Source: Fidelibacterota bacterium
GTDB taxonomy: Bacteria; Fidelibacterota; Marinisomatia; Marinisomatales; Marinisomataceae
Assembly: GCA_018672235.1 (NCBI GenBank)
Contig: JABHGE010000003.1
Span: forward strand, 1 to 64,000
Length of the DNA: 64,000 bases
Reading direction: 5' to 3'
Shown: positions 38,563 through 48,842 of the stretch, piece by piece
Layout of the letters: each line of letters opens with the position of its first letter
Position numbering within the stretch: position 1 is the stretch's first letter
The notes under the pieces: model-generated
The model's database searches: none
The model's input: only the letters and a program-made list of their open reading frames with translations
What the model was told of the DNA's origin: nothing
Translations under genes and position numbers: made by a program

Positions 38563-38600
38563 ACAAAAAAGACTCTGTAGCGCCAACCTCAGAGTCTTTT
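38563..38600 (-). terminator. Intrinsic terminator with GTTGGCG loop
   Basis: Minus strand AAAAGACTCTG-AGGTTGGCGCTA-CAGAGTCTTTTTT. Confidence 0.75.
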
Positions 38601-38639
38601 CGATTGCTTGTATTTGCGTACAATATCTAATTAAAGACT
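38563..38639 (-). ncRNA. Candidate ~75-nt small RNA or attenuator leader
   Basis: Promoter TTGACG-18-TAGTTT (38674-38645), small hairpin TTGTA-CGCAAA-TACAA, terminator; no long ORF. Confidence 0.45.
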
Positions 38640-38767
38640 ACTATAAACTAATAGTCTTTTATGGAATTCGTCAATACTTAAATGCTGAAATGCAAAAAAA
38701 AAATTGAAGAATCTATTTTTTCCATTACCGAATCTGGATTCTCGACCTTAAATTAATGCCTAGTTTT

Positions 38768-38839
38768 GCTGACGTAGCTCAATGGTAGAGCAGGGGCCTT
38801 TTAAGCCCTTGGTTGTAGGTTCGAGTCCTTCCGTCAGTA
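38768..38839 (+). tRNA. tRNA-Lys (TTT); CCA not encoded
   Basis: Acceptor GCTGACG/CGTCAGT, anticodon arm GGGGC-CTTTTAA-GCCCT, T loop TTCGAGT. Confidence 0.95.
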
Positions 38840-38852
38840 CTAAGTTCTATTA

Positions 38853-41684
38853 ATGGGATTAATTACAATGTCTGAATTTCACAATAAACATATCGGTCCT
38901 ACTTCTACAGAAGTCCAAGAAATGCTTTCTTACCTTGAATGCAACAGTTTAAATGATCTACTTGAAAAGATTGTGCCAAAAAATATTTTAGACATTGATG
39001 GCGACTCTATCGGAAATGAAAATTTTTCTGAAAATGATATTTTAAAATATGTCAAAGAAATTGGATCAAAGAATAAAATCTTTCGCTCGCTCATTGGTCA
39101 AGGGTATTATGATACCATTACGCCTAATGTAGTATTGAGAAATATTTTAGAAAGCCCAGGATGGTATACGCAATATACGCCGTATCAACCTGAAATTTCT
39201 CAAGGAAGATTGGAGGCGCTTCTTAACTATCAAACCATGATATCGCAAATTTGTGAATTACCGATAGCTAACGCTTCTTTGTTAGATGAAGGAACTGCAG
39301 CTGGAGAAGCTATGCTCATGTTCTATAGAAAGAATAGGTCTGATTCTAATAAATTTCTTATCGATGAAAATTGCTTTCAACAAACTATTGATGTTATAGT
39401 ATCAAGAGCAAAACCTCTTGGTATTGAAATTGAAATTGTATCGTATGAAAACTTTGATTATCAAGATGCGTTTGGATGCATTGTTCAATATCCAGATCGT
39501 TTTGGGAGAATTGCTAATCCTGATGCCTATAAAAATATTACAGACAAAGCCCGTGAATCTAATTGTAAGGTAATTTTTGCTACAGACTTGATGTGTTTAC
39601 AACTATTCCAATCTCCTGGCTCTTACAATGCAGATGTTGCCGTAGGTAATAGTCAAAGATTTGGAGTGCCTTTAGGCTATGGTGGACCTCATGCGGCATT
39701 TATGACTACTACAGAAGAATTTAAAAGGGATATTCCTGGTAGAATTGTAGGAGTCTCACAAGATAGAAGAGAGAACCAAGCTTATAGATTGACGCTTCAG
39801 ACTAGAGAGCAACATATTAGAAGAGAAAAAGCTACTTCAAATATCTGTACTGCTCAAGTACTCCTGGCTATTATTTCTAGTATGTATGCTATTTTTCATG
39901 GCCCAAAAAAATTAAAAGCGATTGCAAATACAATTCATGCTCACACTAAACATCTTGCAAAAAAATTGAGTGCACAGGGTCATGAAATTATTTTAGATAA
40001 CGAATTATATTTTGATACTCTATCAATTGAGTTAAATGGTCTAGATCAAAAGACCTTAGAAAATAGAGCTTTGGCCAAACTATATAATTTTAAATATCAT
40101 AATGAAGGATTAGTGGGTATTTCATTGGATGAAAAAACTTCTGAAAAAGAGATAGAAGAAATTGCTGATCTATTTGCTACAGATTTCGTGTCAAATAGTC
40201 TTAATCCTGAATTTAATACTAATAGAAATGGGGTGACTTTACAGCATTCTATTTTTAATAGCATTAATTCAGAAACAGAGATGTTACGATATATACACAA
40301 ATTAGAGAAAAGAGATCTTTCTCTTAACCATAGTATGATTCCATTAGGGTCTTGTACTATGAAATTGAATGCTACTGTAGAAATGATTCCTATTAGTTGG
40401 CCTGAGTTTAATACGATTCATCCTTTTGCACCGGCGAACCAAACAGAGGGTTATAAAGTGATTATCGATCAATTAGAAATGATGCTTTATAAAGTCACTG
40501 GATTTGATGCTGTTTCATTTCAACCTAATTCTGGAGCCCAAGGAGAATATGCTGGCTTACTTACAATACAAGAATACCATAAGACCCATGATGCCGATAG
40601 AAATGTTTGTATTATCCCTGAATCTGCACATGGAACCAATCCAGCAAGTGCAATTATGGCTGGATTAAAAGTGGTGATTGTAAAATGTGACGATAATGGA
40701 AATATTGATTTTGAAGATTTAACAAATAAAGTTGTTGAAGCTGGTGATAAGCTATCTTCCCTAATGGTGACTTATCCTTCTACTCATGGAGTTTTTGAAC
40801 ATAATATTGATGAAATCTGTGCTTTAATTCATAGTAATGGTGGACTTGTATATATGGACGGAGCAAATCTCAATGCTATGGTAGGTGTTTGCAAGCCAGG
40901 TAATTTTGGTGCTGATGTTATGCACATTAATCTACATAAAACATTTTGTATTCCACATGGAGGTGGAGGTCCAGGAATGGGCCCTATATGTGTAAATGAT
41001 AAGTTAAAACCTTATCTACCTAAACATCATTTTACCGATGAAGACTATTCGTATTCTGTATCATCTTCACCCTATGGTAGTGCAAGCATTTTATTAATCT
41101 CATATATTTATATGAAATTAATGGCTGGAGAAGGACTGCTTAAAGCCTCTCAAGTAGCAATTTTAAGCGCCAACTATATGGCAAAAAGATTAGAAAAAGA
41201 TTACAAAATCTTATATCGTGGTAATGCGGGATTAAATGCACATGAATTTATTATTGATTGTAGAGATTTCAAAAATACTGCAGGCATTACTAATGAAGAT
41301 ATTGCAAAAAGATTGATTGACTATGGATACCATGCACCAACAATGTCATGGCCGATACCAGGGACATTAATGATTGAACCTACTGAAAGTGAATCTAAGG
41401 ATGAATTAGATAGGTTTTGTGAAGCAATGATTGGAATAAAAAAAGAAATTAATGAAATCATACAAGGAGAAATTCCTCAAGATAATAACGTTCTAGTGAA
41501 TGCGCCTCATACTGTTTCAGACATTTGTGAAGATTGGGATCGTCCCTATAGTAAAGAAAAAGCTGTGTTCCCAAAAGAGTGGATTAAAGAAAATAAATTT
41601 TGGCCATATGTTTCTAGGATTGATAATGCATACGGAGATAGAAACTTTTTCTGTATTTGTCCAGATATAGAAGATTATAAATAA
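38853..41684 (+). CDS. gcvP: Glycine dehydrogenase (decarboxylating), single-chain P protein
   Basis: YTPYQPEISQGRLE, REQHIRREKATSNICT, NLHKTF and PHGGGGPG motifs; alternative start 38868. Confidence 0.98.
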   Translation: MGLITMSEFHNKHIGPTSTEVQEMLSYLECNSLNDLLEKIVPKNILDIDGDSIGNENFSENDILKYVKEIGSKNKIFRSLIGQGYYDTITPNVVLRNILESPGWYTQYTPYQPEISQGRLEALLNYQTMISQICELPIANASLLDEGTAAGEAMLMFYRKNRSDSNKFLIDENCFQQTIDVIVSRAKPLGIEIEIVSYENFDYQDAFGCIVQYPDRFGRIANPDAYKNITDKARESNCKVIFATDLMCLQLFQSPGSYNADVAVGNSQRFGVPLGYGGPHAAFMTTTEEFKRDIPGRIVGVSQDRRENQAYRLTLQTREQHIRREKATSNICTAQVLLAIISSMYAIFHGPKKLKAIANTIHAHTKHLAKKLSAQGHEIILDNELYFDTLSIELNGLDQKTLENRALAKLYNFKYHNEGLVGISLDEKTSEKEIEEIADLFATDFVSNSLNPEFNTNRNGVTLQHSIFNSINSETEMLRYIHKLEKRDLSLNHSMIPLGSCTMKLNATVEMIPISWPEFNTIHPFAPANQTEGYKVIIDQLEMMLYKVTGFDAVSFQPNSGAQGEYAGLLTIQEYHKTHDADRNVCIIPESAHGTNPASAIMAGLKVVIVKCDDNGNIDFEDLTNKVVEAGDKLSSLMVTYPSTHGVFEHNIDEICALIHSNGGLVYMDGANLNAMVGVCKPGNFGADVMHINLHKTFCIPHGGGGPGMGPICVNDKLKPYLPKHHFTDEDYSYSVSSSPYGSASILLISYIYMKLMAGEGLLKASQVAILSANYMAKRLEKDYKILYRGNAGLNAHEFIIDCRDFKNTAGITNEDIAKRLIDYGYHAPTMSWPIPGTLMIEPTESESKDELDRFCEAMIGIKKEINEIIQGEIPQDNNVLVNAPHTVSDICEDWDRPYSKEKAVFPKEWIKENKFWPYVSRIDNAYGDRNFFCICPDIEDYK

Positions 41685-44600
41685 TTATTTAAAATATTCT
41701 TGCAACGGCTTGACATTCACTTTATCTAAATTTGACATGGCTACTATAGCAGCCTTTGCTCCTGAAAGAGTTGTGATAGTAAGAATATTTTTCATCACTG
41801 AATTTTTTCCAATGGCTTCTTCATCATATCGTGACTGAGCACCTATTGGGGTATTAATAACCAACTGAATATTATCATTTAAAATCTCATCTACTACATT
41901 TGGACGACCTTCTCCTACTTTAAAAATAGAAGTACACTCTATATCATTTTTCTTGAAGAACTCTGCAGTGCCTTTTGTGGCAATGATATTAAAATTAAGT
42001 TTTACAAGACCTTTAATGATTGGCAGAGATCTTTTTTTATCTATATCAGCAATAGAAACAAATGCTGTACCTTCTTTAGGGACAGTATAGCCATCTGACT
42101 GCATTGCTTTTAAAAATGCTGCACCTGAATTATTATCTATCCCCATTACTTCGCCAGTAGATTTCATTTCTGGCCCTAGAAATATTTTCTCATTTTTAAA
42201 TTTTTTAAACGGCAATACTGCTTTCTTAACAGCGATGTGCTCAAAGATACTTTCTTTTAAATTGAAATCTTTTATTTTTTTTCCTACTGATAGTTGGGCG
42301 GCAATATTTGCTAATGCGACATTACTATATTTACTTACAAAAGGGACGGTTCTACTTGACCTTGGATTTACCTCCAACACATAAACATTTTTACCCTTTA
42401 CCGCAAATTGTAAATTAATTAGCCCTATAACATTTAACTCTAATGCTAATTTTGTGGTCATATTAATAATATCTTTTTTGACTTTAGCGCTCATATCATA
42501 AGGTGGTAATACACATGACGAGTCTCCAGAGTGAACTCCAGCTTCTTCGATATGTTGCATAATTCCTGCAATGAACACTTCTTCTCCGTCACATAAAGCA
42601 TCTACATCAAATTCAAATGCATTCTCAATAAATTGATCAATAAGTATTGGATGATCGCTCGTTGCTTCAGCAGAGCGGAATACATAATCTACAAGTTGTT
42701 CTTTGTTATATACAATTTGCATTGCTCTTCCACCTAAAACATAACTTGGTCTCACGAGGACTGGGAATTGGGCAATTTGAGAAAAGTTCATCATTTCATC
42801 ATAATTTTTTGCAATACAATATTCTGGTATTTGAATTTTCAATTTCTTAACAATCTTAGCAAATTCTTCTCTATTTTCTGCTAAATCAATACTCGCTGCT
42901 GATGTCCCAAATATTTTTACACCTTCTTTTGTTAATTGTTCTGCAATTTTTAAAGGTGTTTGTCCGCCAAATTGCACAAACACCCCATCAGGTTTTTCAA
43001 ATTCAATAATATTCATAACATCTTCGAATGTAATTGGCTCAAAATAAAGTCTGTCAGCTAAATCAAAATCTGTAGAAACAGTTTCTGGATTGCAATTTAC
43101 CATAATCGATTTAAACCCAGCTTCTCTAAGTCCATATACAGCCTGTACACAACAATAATCAAATTCAATTCCTTGGCCTATTCGATTTGGCCCACCACCT
43201 AAAATCATTACTTTTTGACCGTCAAGAGGTTTAATATCATGAGTAGATTCATAGGTAGAATATGAATATGGCGTTTCTGCAGTAAATTCTCCAGCACAAG
43301 TATCTACTACCTTATAAACAGGTTTTAAATTTTTTTCATTTCTAATTTTTCTAATTTCAGGAGCAGTATGATTGGTTAATGCTGCTATCTGTATATCTGA
43401 AAATCCATTTTTTTTAAGTAGCTCTAAATCATCTAATGAGTTATGATGATTTTCTAGATATACAATCTCTGCAATCTCATGTAAAAACCAAGGATCAATT
43501 CCTGTATTACTATGAATTTCTTCAATAGTAAACTCTTGTTTAATGGCTTCTTTTACTTTTAAAATTCTAAAAGCGCTCCCATCATTTAAAGAGGAGATAT
43601 CTAATGAGCGATATCGTTTAATCTCTGGGTCTTCATTCCTTGGATCTTTAGTGGCAAGTCCTGGTAAATTTAATTCTAAAGATCGAAATGCTTTTTGGAA
43701 TGATTCTCTAAATGTTCTACCAATAGACATTGCTTCACCGACAGATTGCATTTGTACCCCCAACTTACCAGAAGCAGAGGGAAATTTTTCAAAATCAAAT
43801 CTTGGTAATTTTGTTACGATATAATCAATAGTAGGCTCAAAAGCTGCTAAGGTTTTATTGGTAATATCATTTTTTAGTTCATCTAAAGAATATCCAACTG
43901 CTAATTTTGCCGCTATTTTTGCAATAGGGAATCCTGTTGCTTTTGACGCCAGGGCAGATGATCGACTTACTCTAGGATTCATTTCAATAATCACCATTCT
44001 ACCATCTTTTGGATTTACTGCAAACTGGACATTAGACCCTCCTGTGTCGACTCCAATCTTTCTAATACATTTAATTGCTGCATTTCTCATGTTTTGAAAT
44101 TCTTTATCAGTTAAAGTCATAGCGGGAGCAACTGTAATTGAGTCTCCCGTGTGAATTCCCATGGGATCTATATTTTCAATAGAACAGATAATAATAACAT
44201 TATCATTGGGGTCACGTATTAGCTCTAGCTCATATTCTTTCCAGCCCAATAAATATTCCTCTACTAGAACTTGTCCTGTAGGACTTTCTTTGAGACCCTG
44301 CTCTGTAGATTCTTCAAATTCTTGCTCATTATATGCTACAGATCCACCTGACCCACCTAAGGTAAAAGAAGGTCTAATAATTGCGGGTAACGCAATCTTT
44401 TCTAATAATTTTTTACCTTCTTCTACAGATTGAATAGTATGTCCATATGGTAAATCTAAACCAATCTCTAGCATCGCCTCTTTAAATTTTTCTCTACTTT
44501 CAGCTGTTTCAATTGCTTTTTTATTAGCTCCAATTAACTCTACATCATATTTAGCCAATATTCCCCTATCATCTAAATCCATTGCGACGTTTAAGGCGGT

Positions 44601-44879
44601 TTGTCCTCCAACGGTAGGTAGTATAGCATCAGGTTTTTCTTTCTGAATAATTGCTTCAACATATTCTACTGTAATGGGCTCAATATATGTTCTATCTGAG
44701 AATTGAGGATCTGTCATAATAGTGGCTGGGTTGGAATTAATTAATACAACTTTATAGCCTTCTTCTCTTAATGCTTTAATAGCTTGCGTACCTGAATAAT
44801 CAAATTCACACCCTTGCCCAATAACAATTGGGCCTGCACCAATTACTAAAATAGTTTTAATGTCTGTTCTTTTAGGCAT
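41685..44879 (-). CDS. carB: Carbamoyl-phosphate synthase large subunit
   Basis: [17 protein letters not shown], duplicated ATP-grasp domains, MGS domain. Confidence 0.98.
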   Translation of the reverse strand: MPKRTDIKTILVIGAGPIVIGQGCEFDYSGTQAIKALREEGYKVVLINSNPATIMTDPQFSDRTYIEPITVEYVEAIIQKEKPDAILPTVGGQTALNVAMDLDDRGILAKYDVELIGANKKAIETAESREKFKEAMLEIGLDLPYGHTIQSVEEGKKLLEKIALPAIIRPSFTLGGSGGSVAYNEQEFEESTEQGLKESPTGQVLVEEYLLGWKEYELELIRDPNDNVIIICSIENIDPMGIHTGDSITVAPAMTLTDKEFQNMRNAAIKCIRKIGVDTGGSNVQFAVNPKDGRMVIIEMNPRVSRSSALASKATGFPIAKIAAKLAVGYSLDELKNDITNKTLAAFEPTIDYIVTKLPRFDFEKFPSASGKLGVQMQSVGEAMSIGRTFRESFQKAFRSLELNLPGLATKDPRNEDPEIKRYRSLDISSLNDGSAFRILKVKEAIKQEFTIEEIHSNTGIDPWFLHEIAEIVYLENHHNSLDDLELLKKNGFSDIQIAALTNHTAPEIRKIRNEKNLKPVYKVVDTCAGEFTAETPYSYSTYESTHDIKPLDGQKVMILGGGPNRIGQGIEFDYCCVQAVYGLREAGFKSIMVNCNPETVSTDFDLADRLYFEPITFEDVMNIIEFEKPDGVFVQFGGQTPLKIAEQLTKEGVKIFGTSAASIDLAENREEFAKIVKKLKIQIPEYCIAKNYDEMMNFSQIAQFPVLVRPSYVLGGRAMQIVYNKEQLVDYVFRSAEATSDHPILIDQFIENAFEFDVDALCDGEEVFIAGIMQHIEEAGVHSGDSSCVLPPYDMSAKVKKDIINMTTKLALELNVIGLINLQFAVKGKNVYVLEVNPRSSRTVPFVSKYSNVALANIAAQLSVGKKIKDFNLKESIFEHIAVKKAVLPFKKFKNEKIFLGPEMKSTGEVMGIDNNSGAAFLKAMQSDGYTVPKEGTAFVSIADIDKKRSLPIIKGLVKLNFNIIATKGTAEFFKKNDIECTSIFKVGEGRPNVVDEILNDNIQLVINTPIGAQSRYDEEAIGKNSVMKNILTITTLSGAKAAIVAMSNLDKVNVKPLQEYFK

Positions 44880-45966
44880 TTGAATCCATCATTTTAAAAA
44901 AATTATCAAACACATATCTTGAGTCGTGTGGACCGGGACTTGCTTCTGGATGATATTGAACAGAGTAAGCTTGCATCTCTTCGCATGCAATACCCGCAAC
45001 TGTATTATCGTTAAGATGCGTATGAGTTATTGTAATATTAGAAGCTAATGAATCTTCGCTGACTGCAAAACCATGATTCTGTGATGTGATTTCAATCTTA
45101 TTGGTATTTAAATTTTTTACAGGCTGATTAATACCTCTATGTCCAAATTTCATTTTAAATGTTTGTGCTTCCAAAGCTAGTGCTAGAATTTGATGTCCAA
45201 GACAAATACCAAATATTGGTTTTATACCTAGCAATTGTTTTACTGTTTCAATTCCATATGATACAGCAGCAGGGTCTCCTGGGCCATTTGATAGAAATAC
45301 TCCATCAGGATTATAGTCCAATACTTCTTGAGCGCTAACAGATGCTGGAAAAATTACTACTTCAGAATTTTTGTCGAGTAATATATCATAAATATTACTT
45401 TTCATTCCATAGTCAATAGCTGCAATTTTATACTTTGGATTTTTTACATTAGATAAAATAGTTTTTTCTTTTCTAGAGACTTCTTTTGCTAGGTCTAAAC
45501 CTTCCATTGAAGGTATTTTTTTTATTTTTTTAGCTAAGCTATCAATATCAAAATCTTTAGTGGAAATAATGCCTTTCATCGATCCATTACTTCTAATATG
45601 AATAGTAAGTGCTCGAGTATCAATATCTTGTATCCCCACTACTTTATTTGATTTTAAAAATTTATCTAAAGATTCGCTAGATCTCCAATTGGAAGGTGAC
45701 AATGATTCGCTTTTGATAATCAAGCCTGTAGCATACACATTTGGAGATTCTATATCAGAGCTATTGGTACCATAGTTACCAATATGTGGACTACACATAA
45801 CAATCATTTGTTTTGCGTAAGACGGGTCTGTTAAAATTTCTTGGTACCCTGTCATTCCAGTATTAAAACATACTTCACCGGAAGTTTCCCCTAATGCACC
45901 AAGATTTTTTCCTTTAAAAAAAAGACCATCCTCTAAATACAGGATAGCCTTTTGCTGTTTTCGCAT
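44872..45966 (-). CDS. carA: Carbamoyl-phosphate synthase small subunit
   Basis: [24 protein letters not shown] and [10 protein letters not shown] motifs. Confidence 0.98.
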   Translation of the reverse strand: MRKQQKAILYLEDGLFFKGKNLGALGETSGEVCFNTGMTGYQEILTDPSYAKQMIVMCSPHIGNYGTNSSDIESPNVYATGLIIKSESLSPSNWRSSESLDKFLKSNKVVGIQDIDTRALTIHIRSNGSMKGIISTKDFDIDSLAKKIKKIPSMEGLDLAKEVSRKEKTILSNVKNPKYKIAAIDYGMKSNIYDILLDKNSEVVIFPASVSAQEVLDYNPDGVFLSNGPGDPAAVSYGIETVKQLLGIKPIFGICLGHQILALALEAQTFKMKFGHRGINQPVKNLNTNKIEITSQNHGFAVSEDSLASNITITHTHLNDNTVAGIACEEMQAYSVQYHPEASPGPHDSRYVFDNFFKMMDSNA

Positions 45967-45995
45967 GAGTAGATTTTACCTCATATCTATCAAAA

Positions 45996-46760
45996 TTAAA
46001 ACCTTATTTTTTTACCTGTTGCCATTGTTTTTACTGCTGCGACAGTTGAAACAGTTGCAAAAATAATTAAAAAAATAAAAGAAGATTTAAATGAAGCATC
46101 AGAAACTCCTAGAGTTGTATACCTTAAAGTGCTAATAGCGTAAAAAATTGGATTTACTAAACTGATATTCATTGCCCACACTGGTAGCATCTTTATAGAA
46201 TAGAAAATTCCACCCAAGAAGCTAAATGGAGTAATTATAAAGTTTTGAATTAATGCTAGCTGATCCCATGAATCAGAAAGTTGCCCAATTAATAATCCTA
46301 AGCTTGCAAAAGACCATGATACTAAAAAAATTGCCACTAAAGTTAAAAATAAATCGTTAATTGGCATGCCAGCCAGCCAACAAATTAGTAAAATTAATGT
46401 ACCGTTAACAAAACCTCTGACGGCACCTCCAATAATGAACGACAAAGATAGTTCTAGGCTAGATAGCGGAGTAATTAATAGTTCTGGAAGTGTTTGAAGT
46501 AACTTCATTTGTAACATAGAAGACGCTGCGTTTGCTGTAGCATTAGTAATAACATTCATCATCAATAACCCTGGTAAAATATATATTTTATATGACACCC
46601 CGCCGATTTCAGATATTCTATTTTCAAGCGCTACACCAAAAACAAATATGTATAACAATGTTGTTACTACTCCCGGAATAAGAGTTTGCTTCCATACAGA
46701 AAAGAACCGCATTACTTCTTTTGATGATAAAGTATAAAAACCTACCCAATTACTAATCAT
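45996..46760 (-). CDS. ABC-2 transporter permease (YadH-like)
   Basis: About six hydrophobic segments; FLGGIFYS and NPIFY motifs. Confidence 0.9.
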   Translation of the reverse strand: MISNWVGFYTLSSKEVMRFFSVWKQTLIPGVVTTLLYIFVFGVALENRISEIGGVSYKIYILPGLLMMNVITNATANAASSMLQMKLLQTLPELLITPLSSLELSLSFIIGGAVRGFVNGTLILLICWLAGMPINDLFLTLVAIFLVSWSFASLGLLIGQLSDSWDQLALIQNFIITPFSFLGGIFYSIKMLPVWAMNISLVNPIFYAISTLRYTTLGVSDASFKSSFIFLIIFATVSTVAAVKTMATGKKIRF

Positions 46761-47679
46761 TGATTTTTCTCCCAGTCAGCTCTAAAAAGACGTCCTCTAA
46801 TGATGCTTGTGATAATTGTATATCTTCTATTTTGATATTATTTTCTGACAACTTGAGAATAATTTCTGGTAAGTCTGAATTTGGTGTTTTTGTTAATATT
46901 TCTATTTTGCTTTGATCAATAGATGGATTAAAATTATTTAATATTTTGTCCAAGTTTAAAAAAATTCCTTTGGTATGAATTGTAATTCCAGACTTGTTAA
47001 CCATATTTTTTAAATTTTTAACTGTATCTTCTACAATTAATTTTCCGCTATCTATAATTCCCACTCTTTCGCATAATAATTCTGCTTCATCAATATAATG
47101 AGTTGTTAATAAGATAGTTTTTCCTTCTGCGTGCAACTCTTTTAAGTATTCCCACAAATCATGTCTAAGCTCTACATCTACTCCGGCAGTAGGCTCATCT
47201 AAAATTAAAATTTGTGGATCATGTACTAGTGCTTTAGCAATTTGTAATCGTCTTTTCATCCCACCAGAAAGCATGCGCATTTTTTTCTTTCTATGCTCAT
47301 AAAGACCTAATTTTTCTAAAATATATTCGATTCTTTTTTTTGAATTTTTTCTAGTAATACCATAAAAACCAGCTTGATAATAAAGGAGTTCTTCTAGGGG
47401 AAAGAACCAATCATTACTTAGTTCTTGTGACGCAATGCCAACTTGAGATCTAGCATACCTAAAGTCTGATACAATATCTTTTCCTAAAATCTTTACTTCT
47501 CCAGAAGTAGGTTTAACTAGACTTGTAATAGCATTAATGGTCGTAGATTTTCCTGCTCCGTTAGGCCCAAGTAAACCATAAAATTCTCCCTTCTTAATAG
47601 ATAAATCAATGCCTTTTACAGCATGTACATTATCATATTTTTTATGAAGATTTTTTATTTCAATGCCAAGACTTTTCAA
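46753..47679 (-). CDS. ABC transporter ATP-binding protein (YadG-like)
   Basis: GPNGAGKST, LSGGMKRR and LDEPTAGVD motifs; TTG start. Confidence 0.95.
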   Translation of the reverse strand: MKSLGIEIKNLHKKYDNVHAVKGIDLSIKKGEFYGLLGPNGAGKSTTINAITSLVKPTSGEVKILGKDIVSDFRYARSQVGIASQELSNDWFFPLEELLYYQAGFYGITRKNSKKRIEYILEKLGLYEHRKKKMRMLSGGMKRRLQIAKALVHDPQILILDEPTAGVDVELRHDLWEYLKELHAEGKTILLTTHYIDEAELLCERVGIIDSGKLIVEDTVKNLKNMVNKSGITIHTKGIFLNLDKILNNFNPSIDQSKIEILTKTPNSDLPEIILKLSENNIKIEDIQLSQASLEDVFLELTGRKIND

Positions 47680-48840
47680 CTATTTTCCCCTTTGGATTTT
47701 ATATATAGCTCCTAAATAGTCCACTATATAGAGCTCATTATAAATATCTTCTCCAAAAGATGCAATCATATGCTTGCCAGAAGATAAAATAGATTCTGTA
47801 ATTTCAATAATTTCATTATTTCTTTGATTAAAAGCCCAAATTTTTCCACTACAAAAATCAGAAAATATATATAGCCCATAGATTGCTTTAATTTTTTCTC
47901 CTCTATATATATAGCCCCCCGTAACAGAGCATCCTGTAATATTTTTTTCTTGAAGCCCCATTATACTTTTCCAATAAGCAGCATCACTTGGATACTCTAG
48001 CATAGGGTCTGTATAGATTGTTTTGTTACATTCTGGGTCAGCATAACAATGATTTCCTTCCATAATATTCCAACCAAAATTTATCCCTGCACTATCAAAT
48101 GCTAAGTAATTGATTTCCTCCCAAGAGTCTTGACCTACATCTCCAATAAACATATCTCCGTTAACAGAATCAAATGAGAACCTCCATGGATTTCTTAATC
48201 CATATGCCCATATTTCTTGCTTTTGATATTCAGACCCATAAAATGGATTATCTTTTGGAATATCATAATTATTATCACTATTAATATCGATGCGCAATAT
48301 TTTTCCAAAATAATTAGCTGTATTTTGTGCGTGATTAAAAGGGTCTCCAAATTTTCCACCATCTCCAAATGATATATAAAGATAATTATCGATGGGACTA
48401 AATTCTAAGTGGCCGCCATTGTGATTATTAAATGGTTGCTTAAAATAAAAAAGTTTTTTTTCTGAATTAATATCTGCTTTTAATTTATTATTTGAAACTT
48501 TGAATCGAGAAACAACAGAATAATTCTCTGTATCTACATAAGACACATAAAAAAACCCATTATTATTGTAGTCAGGATCAAAGGTCATCCCCAATAATCC
48601 TCTTTCATCTGGCATGGGCTTAATTGTAATATGGTTGCTTAAATCTAAAAAAAGGGAAGTGGAATTTTTTTCTTTAATAAGAATCTCGCCTGTTTGCTGT
48701 ACAATATACATGATATTAGTTTTTGGTTCAAAACGTACAAGCAAAGGACGCTTTAAATCTTGTGCAATGATTTGAGAATCAACGGTGATAGTATTTTGTG
48801 AAAGAAGAATAGAAAAAAATAAGATAAAATATTTTAACAT
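47680..48840 (-). CDS. PQQ-dependent sugar dehydrogenase (glucose/sorbosone family)
   Basis: ERGLLG, NHNGG, GKILRID, GLRNPWRFSFD and GDVGQ..WEE motifs. Confidence 0.92.
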   Translation of the reverse strand: MLKYFILFFSILLSQNTITVDSQIIAQDLKRPLLVRFEPKTNIMYIVQQTGEILIKEKNSTSLFLDLSNHITIKPMPDERGLLGMTFDPDYNNNGFFYVSYVDTENYSVVSRFKVSNNKLKADINSEKKLFYFKQPFNNHNGGHLEFSPIDNYLYISFGDGGKFGDPFNHAQNTANYFGKILRIDINSDNNYDIPKDNPFYGSEYQKQEIWAYGLRNPWRFSFDSVNGDMFIGDVGQDSWEEINYLAFDSAGINFGWNIMEGNHCYADPECNKTIYTDPMLEYPSDAAYWKSIMGLQEKNITGCSVTGGYIYRGEKIKAIYGLYIFSDFCSGKIWAFNQRNNEIIEITESILSSGKHMIASFGEDIYNELYIVDYLGAIYKIQRGK

Positions 48841-48842
48841 AT

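Noticed and set aside
38840..38870. Glycine riboswitch upstream of gcvP
   Set aside because: Only 13 nt separate tRNA-Lys from the first ATG; there is no room for an aptamer.
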